Origin: Octopus bimaculoides
Taxonomy: Eukaryota
DNA: 64,000 bases
Direction of reading: 5' to 3'
NCBI RefSeq assembly: GCF_001194135.2
Contig: NC_068985.1
Coordinates: 86,451,694 to 86,515,693, forward strand
In this document: one piece after another, positions 1 to 13,525 of the stretch
How the letters are laid out: every line of letters begins with the position of its first letter
Position numbering within the stretch: the stretch's first letter is position 1
Translations under genes and position numbers: made by a program
Notes under the pieces: model-generated
Database searches by the model: none
What the model saw: only the letters and a program-made list of their open reading frames with translations
Told to the model about the DNA's origin: nothing

Positions 1-221
1 ACCTGGTGTTTTCTGTTATCGAATTTCATACAAGTAAACATACCACAGGACCAGCAACTGTTGTTTACCACTATTTGTCTCACACAAACTTTGTTGGTAT
101 TTTTGATAACCACTCAACCACCACTGGAGGGGTTATCCCATTAGGGTCAACACAGCTTACTCTCAAACTAGGTACATATATTTATATATATATATAAATA
201 TATATATATACATGCATACAC

Positions 222-276
<55 letters not shown>

Positions 277-778
277 NNNNNNNNNNNNNNNNNNNNNNNN
301 NNNNNNNNNNNNNNNNNNNNNNNNNNNNNNNNNNNNNNNNNNNNNNNNNNNNNNNNNNNNNNNNNNNNNNNNNNNNNNNNNNNNNNNNNNNNNNNNNNNN
401 NNNNNNNNNNNNNNNNNNNNNNNNNNNNNNNNNNNNNNNNNNNNNNNNNNNNNNNNNNNNNNNNNNNNNNNNNNNNNNNNNNNNNNNNNNNNNNNNNNNN
501 NNNNNNNNNNNNNNNNNNNNNNNNNNNNNNNNNNNNNNNNNNNNNNNNNNNNNNNNNNNNNNNNNNNNNNNNNNNNNNNNNNNNNNNNNNNNNNNNNNNN
601 NNNNNNNNNNNNNNNNNNNNNNNNNNNNNNNNNNNNNNNNNNNNNNNNNNNNNNNNNNNNNNNNNNNNNNNNNNNNNNNNNNNNNNNNNNNNNNNNNNNN
701 NNNNNNNNNNNNNNNNNNNNNNNNNNNNNNNNNNNNNNNNNNNNNNNNNNNNNNNNNNNNNNNNNNNNNNNNNNNNNN
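277..778. other. Assembly gap (representative of ~14 N-runs)
   Basis: N-run flanked by (TA)n on the left and (CA)n/(CACG)n on the right. Other gaps at about 9367, 15911-16451, 17105, 18456, 39007-39168, 42157-42370, 49914-50056, 53538-53740, 54832-55099, 57084-57318, 58677-59229, 61257 and 63180-63294; most abut microsatellites. Confidence 0.98.
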
Positions 779-827
<49 letters not shown>

Positions 828-830
828 GCA

Positions 831-862
<32 letters not shown>

Positions 863-3800
863 CACACGCACACACACACACAATATGTGTGTGTGTGTGT
901 GTACCTTTCACTGCTATATATTGCCAAAAGGACATAATACAGCAGTAAAAAGAAGTTACTCTTCCATTGAAGTCCTTTCCACTGAATTTCCCCCACTCGC
1001 TTCTGCTGATCTCCCACCACCAAAAAAAGGCAGTGAATCAATGACAAGGCCATTGAAAAAGCTATAAGTGGTGACACCATGGCTTATGAATTGTCATAAC
1101 AAGCACAGCATTTGCAGACTGAGGTAGGTTTGATTGAACAAACCCAAATATATTACTGGTATTTAGTGTGTCAAAGTTGGATGAAAGAAAAGAAACAAAC
1201 TTTCCAAGTTATTCAAGTCCAGAATTTACAGTTCTGCTGACACTGTCTTCAATGTTTCCTAATTATTTAGAAGCAAACATTTGTTGGCATTGCAATTACT
1301 TTATGGCCAGTTATCTAAATGAGTTTACTAAAAGACCTCGATTGGAATAATATAGCGTCAGTGCTTATTGAAGAACTAAAATGACATTGCTATGACTTGA
1401 TCATTAAATTTTGCTGAGGTTTCATCGAAAACTTCTTACTAGATTAAATAGGAGGCATTAAAGAAGAGGAAAAATAAGCAAAACAAAATGTTAAATATTG
1501 AGAAGAAATCTAAAGGAAGTAGCTTTAATCTTTGTTGATGCTTGAAAGATGTTAGGAATGTCCAGGCTTTGGAATTAATGGTGTGAAAAAACTGTCTACA
1601 AAATGGGTGAATCAGCAAATGAACTGTGAAAAAGAGTAAACTCACATATGGAGGTTTGATTTTTATGATATAATGAAAGAAATTTACCTAAGTCACCAAT
1701 ATTAAGAACTGTCTCAAATAAATACGGTCAAACTGGTTAAAAAAAAAAAAAACTTAATGATAATCTTAGTTGTGAAAAAAACTAATGTCATGTAGAGCCT
1801 TCTTAATCTTTAACATGTTCATGGTGTATTTCATTAAAGGCTTTGTTTTATTACTCTTTTTCTAAACACTATTTCACTCCACTGCTTTCTTCTAGCCTAT
1901 TACCATTTGATACTAAGAATCTTGAAGGATAATATGACTCAAAATTTGTTTCATAGCTAAACGCATTCAACTAAAAATTTCTTTTTATCACAATTATTAT
2001 ATTTATTAAAAAAGAAACATGTTTGGGATCTTTCAAAGAAAAAAATAAAGAAAATGAAATGAAGAAAGAAATTCTAAGGTTTTCTTTGTCTTCAAAACTT
2101 TTTCCATTCTCTTTTTGGTATCATTTTGATATGCCAATGGCAGGATATAACAGGTTTGAAAATTAAGGTATTTGCATGAATGCTTAGAACAGATATTTTA
2201 CGGTCGGATGTCTTCTCTAGCACTAACTACCTTATCATAAAATAAAGCTGGAAGCTATTTTCATACTTCGAAGACTGTTCTGAGAAACAATATAAACAGC
2301 AGGAATTTAACTAGAAATTCTTCCTTTCTTTTCTTCAATGCTTTGAAGAACAGAAAAGAAAAAGAGGAAAAAACAAAATAAATTACTAAGAAATAAGGCT
2401 TTCCATTCTAGTTAGGAAAGAAAAAGAATGTTTCTATCCATTTATCTATGTTGGATTTAGGCAGATATAATTAGACTAACTCAGCCTTTCAGATTAGATA
2501 AAATATTCATTGTAGAATCTTTACCATTGTTATAAATATTTAAAATATTTATAAAGATTTCCATGAAAAGTGTTTTGGATTAAAATCAAAATTAATGAGA
2601 GTTTGCGATCACTGAATTGACTGTCAGAGTTTCAACCCACATTTTCAATATTCTTAAGATTAACATAAAGGAGATCATTCATCATTCACAAAGTGATAGT
2701 GATTGAGTGATTGATGTGGGATTGTTTAACCACAGGTCAGCCCCTTTAGAGGAGACCTCTCATCAAAATGTTGCAGTCTTTTCATATACCCAATACATTT
2801 CCAATAAGTTCTTCACATTTTAAAATAAGAAGGCATCCTCAGAGGGATTGTTTGCTGCTATTTCGAGCAAACTAAGTGACTGTGTGGTGTTGCTTTAATA
2901 AATAATTAAAATACTGACAATTGTTAATTATACATAGCAATTATTAATTATAAGTAAATAAGTTAAAGCATGTTTTAATTTGTTGTTAATTAAACAATGC
3001 AATTATTATTTATAGGCAAAAATGATTTTTTTTTTGCGGGGAGAAGTGATTAAATAGTTGAGCATTTAGTAGTGGGAGGGTGGAATGATTGCTATATTTG
3101 GAAGTGGTTGTCTGTGTGTGTGTGCGTGTGTGTGTGTGTCTGTGTGTGTGAATACGTGTATGTGTCTATGTGTTTGTGTGTTTACATGAGCTACAAGTGG
3201 CAATACTTTTTTTTAATTTCTCCCATCAACTGGTTTCAAACCTTTGAAGGTGTGTGAAGTAAAAGATTCCTAATTCAAAAAATAGCAGCTAAGGGTTAAT
3301 GACAAGAAGGACACTTTGCTGTAAAACAGTGCTTCAATAATAAACACATTTGCCTAATCTATGCTATTAGTGAAACTATGCAGAAAAATGAAGAAATTAG
3401 TAAATGTAATCATTTCACCTTCATTCAGATTAAAGTCTTATCTTTATTACTCTCTCTATATTGTGTATGATACTGTTTCTCTACCGTTTCTATATGTATT
3501 ACAATTACATAAATACAGAAAATTTAATCATTTCATTATCTTCAGATACTAATGTAAGTCTAATTCTTATCAATTTTTCTACATGTTTTATGTGGGATGT
3601 AAAAACCCATGGGGGAAGAAAGATATTTTACTTAATATTTAAGTAGATTTGAACTCAGGACTATGACGTTCTTCTGTTGATATTTTACTGTTGAGTTGCA
3701 TAGAATTTAGGAGAAAATGGTAAATATGCAGTTCTTTATCAGTTGATAAATTAGCTTCTTCTGTTATCAAAGATATTGATTAGGAAGTTTGGCTTAATTC

Positions 3801-5219
3801 CTTATGTTGTAGAATATTTAATGTGAAAGAAAAGGAAGAAAACCATTTGTCTTGTTAGAAGCTTAATTTGTGGAGAGAAATGTTTAATTTAGAGTTCAGC
3901 TGAATGTTAATAAAGGTATGTTGACTTCCTGACAGTAAGACGTAGAGGTGGTGGGGAGGAGGTAGAGAACATAACATTCTAACGAGTAGGATTCATTTAT
4001 TAAATAACTCATTAACCTCTGTCAAATTTCTGGTTACTCTTATGGAAAATAACAAACAAACAGGTCCTCCTCTATTACCAGTTTCTATGAATGACACTGG
4101 AATTACTATTTTCTTCCTCAACTTCTAACCAAATAAATATTTATGCCAAGAAGTATTTGATAAATAAATAACGATTTTTCAGTTGAAGCAGACAGCTGAA
4201 GGTTTAAAGTTCTAGGCCATTAATTGGAAGGTCAACCATTTTAACCTTGCTGCTGATATTGATCCAGGCTTACTCTATTATCCTGGATGACCTCACTAAA
4301 ACTAACTACCACTGTCATTTTAGAGTTGAATGACTCATTTTAGGAAGGGGATCATACCATATTATTTTAACAATTTATGCAAATATTCAATTTTCAGGTT
4401 TGCTCAGCTTATGTTACATGCAAAAATAATATTAAAAAAAAAATCTAAAGAAAAAAGTACAGGAAACTAGGAAAAAAAAAAAAATCCAACCGATTCATTT
4501 TTCTTCACATGTAATTTCAAATTCCAAATTATGTCAAGCAGATATTTTAGGTGTGAGGATGCATGGAAAGTTCCAGCACAACACTTTGGCAACTGGAATA
4601 AACACTCCATAAGCTGTGATGAACAATTATGGTTTTGAAAAACTCAGTAAATCAATTAAGATGGCTGAAATTTATTTGCTTTTTTCAATAGAGGTTGATT
4701 TAGCTTTATAATAATCACCAGAAAATTTCATAAATAAACAGAATTGGTTGTCAGTGAATGAAACTTTATTAAACTACATTATTTTATACTCTACTAAACC
4801 CTACTAAACTATACTATTTTATATTATACCATACTAACGAAACTCTACACAATAAACAGCTATAATTTTTTTCATTTTTTTCCTTTCGTTTTGCATTGAA
4901 AGCAAATGCATTCCTGTTTTTATATTTAGTTTTCTAAATCTCGTCAATGTAATTCATCATAATTTTTATTAGACACATTCCCTCTTTATACAATTAACCA
5001 CAAAGCATAAGGTCATTAAACTAATCTTTTCCAGACAATAAATATCCAGAGAGCCTTGAAATCCAATCCTACAATCCATTGAACCTCAACAGCGGTTAGC
5101 TATACACACTGTACTCCCCATTAACAGTGAGGTGGACTAAACTTGGTAATAAATTCTATACAGTGAGGAATCTTGACATAATAAATGATGAAAATGGTTG
5201 TGGTAGCAATACTCGAACT

Positions 5220-5285
5220 GTCGATGGATTACTTCTAACAACCCATGCCAGCATAGACAGTGGGCGTTAAATGATGATGATAATG
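5220..5285 (+). mobile_element. RTE LINE family 1, extreme 3' tail fragment
   Basis: AACCCATGCCAGCATAGACAGTGGGCGTTAAATGATGATGAT matches the 3' end of the longer RTE copy at 55261-55337 (AACCCATGCTAGCATGGAAAGCGGACGTTAAACGATGATGAT). Confidence 0.75.
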
Positions 5286-5679
5286 AGTCGAACAATCTGA
5301 AACGAGAGAAGAAAGAGGTGTTATGATATTCATGTTATTCCAAAGGATTTTATCGATGTAAATGTGGATGCTTATGAAACTCTTGACAGGGTTTTTATTA
5401 AAGACCAGTTGTACATCTCACTGTTCAGGGTTTGAAATGCATGACTGATAAATCTTCCTCTGTATTATGGCTAGTCTGTTGCAAATGGCTTTCGAGATGA
5501 TCTTTTAATTCTTTGCCAGAACTAATTCATTTAAGACAATGTAAAATAAAGTATTCTACCTTACAAAGAAACTATAGTCATACAGCTAATTTGAACTTGC
5601 AATCCATGAGCTTGCAATCAGGATATTTTCTCTACTCAGTCAATGGTAGCCTAAGTAAAAAAAAATCTTAGTATCACAA

Positions 5680-5925
5680 TATTGGTCAGATCATCACAAG
5701 CAGTTATACACCACTGATCACAATGCACTTCTAATTTTGTCTTGATTGTGTCATTCTTTTCCATCTTGACCCAAATTGCTTAAGTAAATCATCTTCTCAT
5801 TGTTATGAAGACCTTCTAAGTGGCCTTTTCTGATTCCTTGGATACCACTTGGCAACTGCACAGGTTCAGCTGCTGTCTGGTTGTCTGTGAACTTTATAAC
5901 ATGTCCAGCAGAAAACTTGTGCTTT
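5680..5925 (-). mobile_element. RTE-clade LINE family 2, decayed 3' end of ORF2
   Basis: The minus strand, with frameshifts and stops, reads GHVIKFTDNQ...AKWYPRNQKRPLRRSS*Q*EDDLLKQFGSRW, matching the RTE C-terminal GHVxR...W.P...R..GRP..RW.DD pattern. Homologous to 16790-17040. Confidence 0.75.
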
Positions 5926-7256
5926 CAAGTAAAAGAAAATACAAATACAAATTGGAATTTACATTGTCACCCAGTTGCCTCTCTGGTCAATTGTCTTCCC
6001 ATGTCAATAATACTCGATTGATTCTCTCTTCAGAAATTTTAAAGAAAGCAAGCAAGGTCATATGACTAAGAAGATTTAATTATGCAACCCAGGGGAAACC
6101 AAAAACCTCACAGAGATGTGAGAAGAAATGAAAGTATCAAAGAAAAGTGCTTTGTGATATGCTTTTGTCCTCTTTATATCCACCTTGACTTCTTTGTCTT
6201 TCAGCCTTCAATCCAGCTTAGAGGTGTTCAGCCATTATTCTTCAGAGGCAGTTTGGCACCAATGCTCTATTGAGTGAGCACACAAATCGTTGCTCTGATC
6301 CCGCCGTTCCTCTCGTGCTGGATGGGATAGCTGTAGCCGAGTTGACTGATATAAATAGTTAAAATACTTAAAGACTGATCATACTCCAATGGCTGACCTC
6401 AACACCCTCCCACCCTTCACCACCACCACCACCACCACCACCACCACCACCACCACCACCACCACCACCACCACCACCACCACCACCACCACCACTATCA
6501 CCACCACTTTACATCAGCTTTCCCAGATAGATAATTTTTATCTGTTGTGAAAGAATGAAAGCAAAGTTGACCTTGGTGGGATTTGAACTCTGAGCAAAGA
6601 ATGCTGTGAGGTATTCTATCTGGCACTCTAATGGTTTTGCCAATTCACTACCACTGTTGTTTTTTCTTTGGCATTGTGAATCTCGGACTACACTCCTTTT
6701 TATCCTAGATAAAAAATAGTGTGAATTGATGTTGATTTCACTGCTATTTCAAGCAGATCTAGTAACCCCATAGAAGCATCATTGTCAGAACAAGGTGGAA
6801 GTTCTGTTGCTATAGTGATAATTGGTTTGCTCTTTTGTGCAATTATATCAAATACAGGAACACAATAGGCCATGTTGTTATCTGCAAAGAGCGTGAGTTA
6901 CAGTCATTAATAGCATCGACATTAACGAATACCCGCTTAACCCATTCGATACAGATTATTCTGTCCAATGTAATGCTTATTCATTCACGTCATTTTGAAT
7001 TAATAATTCATTATCCTGAATCTCCAAGATTACAATGATATGATCGTTTATTTTTAGAACAACATTGAAGGGTAGGTGTGAGAGGCCAGATCTGGCCCAT
7101 TTGAATATAAAACAAATTGAATATTTAGGCTGGATAAGGCCAGTTGAAATGCCAAAGTGTTAAACTTCTCCCTAACACTCAATAGTTTCCTACAAACTTA
7201 TCTTCTAAACTAACAGACTTGTTATCCATTTTATGGTGCATCATTATTAGATCTTT

Positions 7257-7482
7257 AAGGGAGTGGACTGCCAGAATCGTTAGCACATTGATCTAAATGC
7301 TTAGTGGTATTTTACCTATCACTACATTCTGAGTTCAAATTCTGCCAAGGTCGACTTTGCTTTTCATCCCTTCTGGGTTGATAAATTAAGCACCAGTGAA
7401 ACACTGGGGTCGATGTAATCAACTAATCCCCTCCCCACAAATTTCAGACCTTATGCCTATAATAGAAAGGATTATTATTATT
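7257..7482 (+). mobile_element. tRNA-derived SINE family B, near full length
   Basis: B-box GAGTTCAAATTC, central GGTCGACTTTGCTTTTCATCCC...GATAAATTAAGCACCAG and an (ATT)n tail. More than 12 related copies occur in the window. Confidence 0.85.
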
Positions 7483-9325
7483 AGATTTCTCATACTGCAG
7501 TTTATAGAACCTAGATATATTTTAGTCCAGTACTACAGACCCATTTTTATGACTGACACACATCCGTCAAATGTAAATAAGGTAAATAATGTACATATTC
7601 ATTTTTAATTTTATTTTTGTCAAAATATTTAATGAAAGTGGGTTTGTCCAGTTCCTGTATTATTTTCTCTTTCACTGAAGTTCAAGATGATTTGCACACT
7701 TACCAATCTGTTTTGTTGCATTATCATCTTATACTGCTCCTGTCCATAGATATTATATCATTGATAAATTTCTTGATAATACTAAGAAGATTCCCAAGCT
7801 GGTGACCAATTGATGCACACACTTGTTGGTCAACAATAAAGAAAAAATGGGGTATATAGCTACTCATTAATCCTCCATGGAATATTTCAGATTAGCTTTT
7901 TTTATGAATGAGCATAAAAAGTAAGGAGCTTAGGATGAAATGAAAGGGGAAAAATATGATAAAAAAGATGAAAAAAATGATAAAAAAGATGTAAAATATA
8001 TGATAAAATAGCCCCCTTCTAAGGGGAATTTTACATAAAGTATTCATGTGAAGCTAGAACTTACTGTCATGGTGTTAATATCTACTGAAAAAGTTGTCAG
8101 CTATTTCATCATTGATGCTTTAAATAAACTGTGATGATGTCAAGCTACCATTAGTCTTTGTCTATTTTAGCAGAGCTAGTGTAAGACAGTCTGAAAGAAT
8201 CCCTTTGCAATAAAATGCAGAGATTATCCTTGAAACAATTTAAAATAAGAATGACTGTGTGGTCAAGGGTCATGGACGTGCGGTAAAGAAATTTATTTTC
8301 CTGACCATAGGATTTTAGGTTCCAGTCCCACTACTTACTTCATGGCCTTTGTTTCATTTCATGATTCTCTTGAACTATGGTCGATCTATTTACCATTTCA
8401 GTTTGGATTTATTACACATTGTGACAATCTGGTTTCGTTTTATGTTCCTCACATCTTCAGAGAACCGGATCTCTTTTAGAAACAGTTTCTTCCTCTGGTA
8501 TTGAGTGTATTTACAATCAGCCTCTCAGAGTTTTATGGGTTCCACAAGTGGATCCAGTTTTGAATTGTATGTACGATGATGTTGACAAACCATGCTAGGT
8601 TTGGTAAGTCAACTGGTGAGTTGAATAAGTTTTTGTTGAAAAGCAGAAGAGCATTTCATGAGGTTGGAGATTATCCACAGCAATGATTGTAGAGCACCAA
8701 GTAACACGGTCTTCCATTGACAAATGTTTATTTCTTTTTTGTTTTCACTTTCAAGGGTTAACCAAATAATCTGTTTATACTTTCCACACAGCAAATTCCC
8801 TCAGAGTTTATCTGAGGTCGTCGTACAGTTGGTAGAAATCCTATGGCTATTTAGGAATTGCTTTAAATTGACAGGTAAGAAAGAAGATACTCTATTTGAA
8901 TGAATAAACGATGGCATTTCTCAATAAGTCTCTAACAATAGAAGTACATGTATGGACACTTAGAAAACGAGAACATTTATCGATTATGGTATGTATGTTT
9001 ACATGTGAATTAATAGGATGTGGAAGAGCTCCTTTAAAATCTTTTGACAAGCGTTCAAATGGCTGGATAGTTTTTATTAGAGAAATATCTTTAGACAATA
9101 CAAGTTATGTTAAGTTTTATTACATCCATGACAACTGGTGCAGACTCGTTATACTTCTTTGACAGAAAATGTTTGCTTACACACTTTTATAACTTCTTAT
9201 ACAAGGATGAGCTAAGAAATGATGCAGTAATTCTAAATTTATAGTTGTCGAAGTACCAGCACAAGCAGGAGACGTATGATAATCTGGAAGATTCTCCAAG
9301 CCATGTTTATAGTTTACAGAGCACA

Positions 9326-9366
<41 letters not shown>

Positions 9367-9376
9367 NNNNNNNNNN

Positions 9377-9421
<45 letters not shown>

Positions 9422-10464
9422 ATTTCGATTCTTTAGTGTAAGATTTTATCATTTTATCATGGCTTTTATTGTCAAAATGGACCTTTGATCTGTCACCAAA
9501 TTAAATGTTTCCATTATCTCACAGTTTCTATAACTGCATTAACTTTTTCGACAGTGTAGTAAGAGATTATTTAGAAACCTTGAGAAAGTTTACCATCTTG
9601 TGATAACCACGGTACAATAATAGTTTGCACCAGTAACACCTGATCTAATAGTAAAAGACAAAATATCATCGATATTCCCATTCCACAACTGCTTGATTAG
9701 TATAATTTGAAATGGTATCAAAATGGTCTCATGCAAAGGGAAATCTATATTGATGATAGCATAGTTTTCAAAGATCAGAAAGGGTTTGATTTGGGGAAGT
9801 AGGCAAAAGATTACACACCCATTGAAGTTATTTACTATTTTGAGAGTTCTTCAAAAACCTGAAGGACTTCTGAACTCGGAATTAATTCTCCATTTGAAAT
9901 TAAATAACATACAAAGTTAATAGATGTCAGATTATTAAATTAGCGAACAGACATTAGATTTAATTATTCTAAGGGCTATGGGTTGGCAGGATTGTTTGGA
10001 ACATCAGACAAAATGCTTACTGATATTTAACCATGACTATTTACATTCTGAGTTCAAATCCTATCAAGATCAACTTCACCTTTCATCGTTTCTGGGTCAA
10101 TAACACAAAGTACCAGTCATGAACTGGAATCGATTGGAATGACTAGATCCGTCCGTTGGCCTTGCACCCAAATCAGAATTTCTTTATTTTTGTGTAAGGT
10201 CAGATCATTATTATGTTTGACAGCTTTAAAGGATTCGAAAGATTAGTATTGTACTCTGAGCACAAATAAAAACAGATCCAAATATGCAGAAGTGAAAATA
10301 AACTTACTTCTTTCGATAAAAATTCTCAGTTTTTGTGTTGAAGCAATTCTAGAATTTCAAATTATGAGCAAATGTGGAAATTATCTTCAAACATGTTTTA
10401 TTGATTGATAAAACTTTACATTTTATTTCACAATATTTAGCATTGATCTATCTATCTATCTATC

Positions 10465-10515
<51 letters not shown>

Positions 10516-10867
10516 TTATGTATCTGCCTCTCTCTCTTTCTCTCTCTCTCCCTCTCTCCCCCCTCTCTCTCTCTCTCAATATATATATATATATATGTGG
10601 GAGCAGACAAATGAAAGATGAGTACTCAACACATTTATTGGGAGCTACATGTATAGATTAAATCAGTTTGATTCAGACTCCTTGGTACTCTGAGTTTCAA
10701 GTGTATGGCTAGTCTTCAGCCATTGGGGTCTGAATGAGAGTTTGAGTGAAGAGAGTAAATGTTTACTACTGGATGCTAGCCTGTGATTGGTCGAAAAAGG
10801 TCACATGGTATAACAACAGTCTGATGTTGGTGTTTCAGCAACAACAATTACTTGGAAAATACCACAC

Positions 10868-11155
10868 GGTGAACAGGAAATTGGTTGAGTGGTGAACAGG
10901 AAATCAGTTCAGTGGTGAACAGGAAATCCGAGTTCGATTCCAGGCAGTGACCTGAATAATAATAAGAAGAACAATAATAATAATAATAATGATGATGATG
11001 ATAATGATAATAATAACAATAATAATAATAACACCAGCATCGAAAAATACCTTAGGAATGAGAATCCAGGTTTGAAATTTCCCCAAGACACCTGATGAAG
11101 GCTGTAGAGTACATCAGCTGAAACGTTGTGTTAACAACAAACAAGATGAGAACAG
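10868..11155 (+). mobile_element. SINE-like element: tRNA-like head + (AAT)n linker + Penelope-like tail with hammerhead motif
   Basis: A-box-like TGGTTGAGTGG at 10882-10892, B-box GTTCGATTCC at 10932-10941, then (AAT/GAT)n. The tail 11039-11099 recurs inverted at 53195-53255 with 2 mismatches in 61 nt. Confidence 0.7.
11087..11132 (+). ncRNA. Candidate minimal type I hammerhead ribozyme
   Basis: GACAC(11087-91) CTGATGA(11092-98) A GGCTG-loop-CAGCT(11100-19) GAA ACGT T(11120-27) GTGTT(11128-32). Stem I is GACAC/GTGTT, the core is intact, stem II has 5 bp, and a palindromic ACGT replaces helix III. Confidence 0.55.
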
Positions 11156-12911
11156 GTTACCTTTCCAGCTTCTTAGGAAATTGTATGTGATTTTTTCATT
11201 TATGATATGATACAAATTTGATAACAGACACTCTTAGCTTGGTTTCATTAGAAAGTTGATGTTGTAATACAATGTTCAGCTCATGGAAGTGGATAAATGT
11301 CCAAAGCTTTCTAAAATGGTAGGTAGTTTGAGAGGAATTTACACCACTACTTTTTTTTTTTTTATGGAACCACCGATAACAAGCAAAACCAACACCCACC
11401 ATACTTTATTCTGTGATGTCTTCTCTTTTGAAATTTCCGAAAGTGGAAACTCTTTATTTTTTAATATTTAGTTGAAATAAGTTTTTCAGTTTAAAGTGAG
11501 ATTTTGCAAACATTTACCAGGTTCCATGGCTACCCCATCGTTCAATAAAACTATATATTAACAAAAATATTTCTAATTGATGATTGATAGCTACTTTCTA
11601 TATTTCTTTTTTGCAATTTCAAAAACGATATGCTCAGCATGACATCAGCACAAAATTGTGAAAAAAGAGAAAATCTTATATTTTATACAATCATCTTCAA
11701 TGCGCGTGCGCACACACACGCACACACACATTTTATCTATATAGAATCTATCATTTCCTGCTGTTAGTTTCAAATCGGCCCTAGAAATAATGCCTGTTTT
11801 TGCATATATTTCTTTGGTTGGTTTCACAAAAGATTCTAGTTTTATAAACATCATCAAAAGTCATAGAATCTTGAGTTATGTCTACTATATTAGTTATTAC
11901 TGAATTAGTTATGTCTATTATGTGGAAAAAAGCTCTGCTCAAGTTTATCAGGATTCAGGTCCTGACTGGCAGTTGTTAGGGAGACCACTAAACTAACTGA
12001 AATGTCTTACTAACATCGAAGTAAGTTTGATGGGTCTGGCTATCTTATTTGCTTTTGATTTATCCAGTGAGTGATGACTCTAACACTGATTAATGCTTTT
12101 GATAATGTTCCAGAGATATAATCCTTTAATTAATATAAAAGTGACCGGTATCGTTACCTGGAATAGCTAGCACAGTACCTGGTAAAACAAAACCCCATCA
12201 ATCAAAGACCATATTGTTTTATATTTAAGTTGCTGTCATCATACCTCAGTTGTTTAGAGCAAAGTACATGACTATTTTCATGGTCTTAATGGCTGTTGGA
12301 AGGAAAGGATGTGCGGATTGAACCAAGACCTGGCCTGAAGACTTCTAACAGAAAGGACTTTGATAAATGTATCCAAGGATTTGAGTAGCTATGTTAAACT
12401 GAATAGTGGCTTAAGTTCACCACTCGGGCAGGCCTCAACAGGATTTGAACATAGGTTGCTGAGGTTCAGAACAAATGCTGGAAAGCATTGAATTTGAGAG
12501 TCCAGTGTGCTAGGGTGGGACTTTATCTATTCACCCTGGAAGGATAAAAGGCAATGCTGGTCTGGAAAGTGTTTGAACTCAGAATGCAAGATTCCAGAAT
12601 AAATATAGCAAAGCATCTAATCCTGAACTCAACCAATTCCACCAGTGTGCCACTGATTATGGTTCTTTACTCCCAAAGAAGAAACAGTTAACGTTAAGCA
12701 TGGTGCGAATTAAAGTCAAAACACAAAATATCTGAATAAACGCTGCAAAACATTTCTTCCAATGTTCCAGGTGACATTTATCACAGAGAGACAATAGGAA
12801 TTGTCAATAGTGTTTTTGATGTCTCTGGAGGCAATCACCTGCTCCTGTCTAATGAATGTTACTTTTGTTGCTCCATTCATGTATTTTGCCTCAACAATAT
12901 TTAGTAGATTG

Positions 12912-13400
12912 TATATATATATGCATGCATGTATGTATGTGTATGTATGTATGTATGTATGTATGTATGTATGTATGAGGTATGTATGTATGCATGTATG
13001 TATGCATGTATATATGTATGTATGCATGCATGCATGCATGTATGTATGTATGTATGTATGTATGCATGTGTATGTATGTATGTATGTAGGTAGATAGGTA
13101 GGTATGCATGTGTGTGTGTGTATGTATGTATGTATGTATGTATGTAGGTATCTACGTGTGTTTATGTATATACATACTTGACTGTGTGTTTATATATTTG
13201 CATGTGTACATGTACGTGTGTATGTATTATGTCTGCAAGTATGTGTGTACGTATGTATGTGCCTATATATGTATGAACGGATGCATGAGTGTATGTATGT
13301 GTGAATGTATGCATGTGTGCATGTGTGCATATGTATGTGTGCACGTATATATGTTTGTGTATATGTATGTGTGTATGCATGTGTGTATGTATGACAAAAG
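12912..13400. repeat. Compound (TATG)n/(TGCA)n/(TG)n microsatellite field
   Basis: Directly visible; it produces the MYVC/HTYI ORFs at 12716-13499. Confidence 0.95.
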
Positions 13401-13525
13401 TATATCCACACTAAATCTATAAGAAATATTATTATTACTGACCAAAGTTATGGTAGACAATTGGCTGAACAGTTCGATAAAGAAAAAACAAAAAGACAAT
13501 ACATGACCAATATTTCTTTTGACTA

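Noticed and set aside
1-1122. Possible exons ending at donors 171|GTACAT and 1122|GTAGGT
   Set aside because: No recognisable protein, stops interrupt the second segment, and the first is cut by the window edge.
9241-9330. Protein-like peptide SKYQHKQETYDNLEDSPSHVYSLQST
   Set aside because: Weak acceptor, no donor before the (GA)n tract, and too short to support.
12716-12905. Minus-strand peptide NIVEAKYMNGATKVTFIRQEQVIASRDIK...
   Set aside because: No family recognised, mediocre splice sites, and the ORF start lies in a microsatellite.
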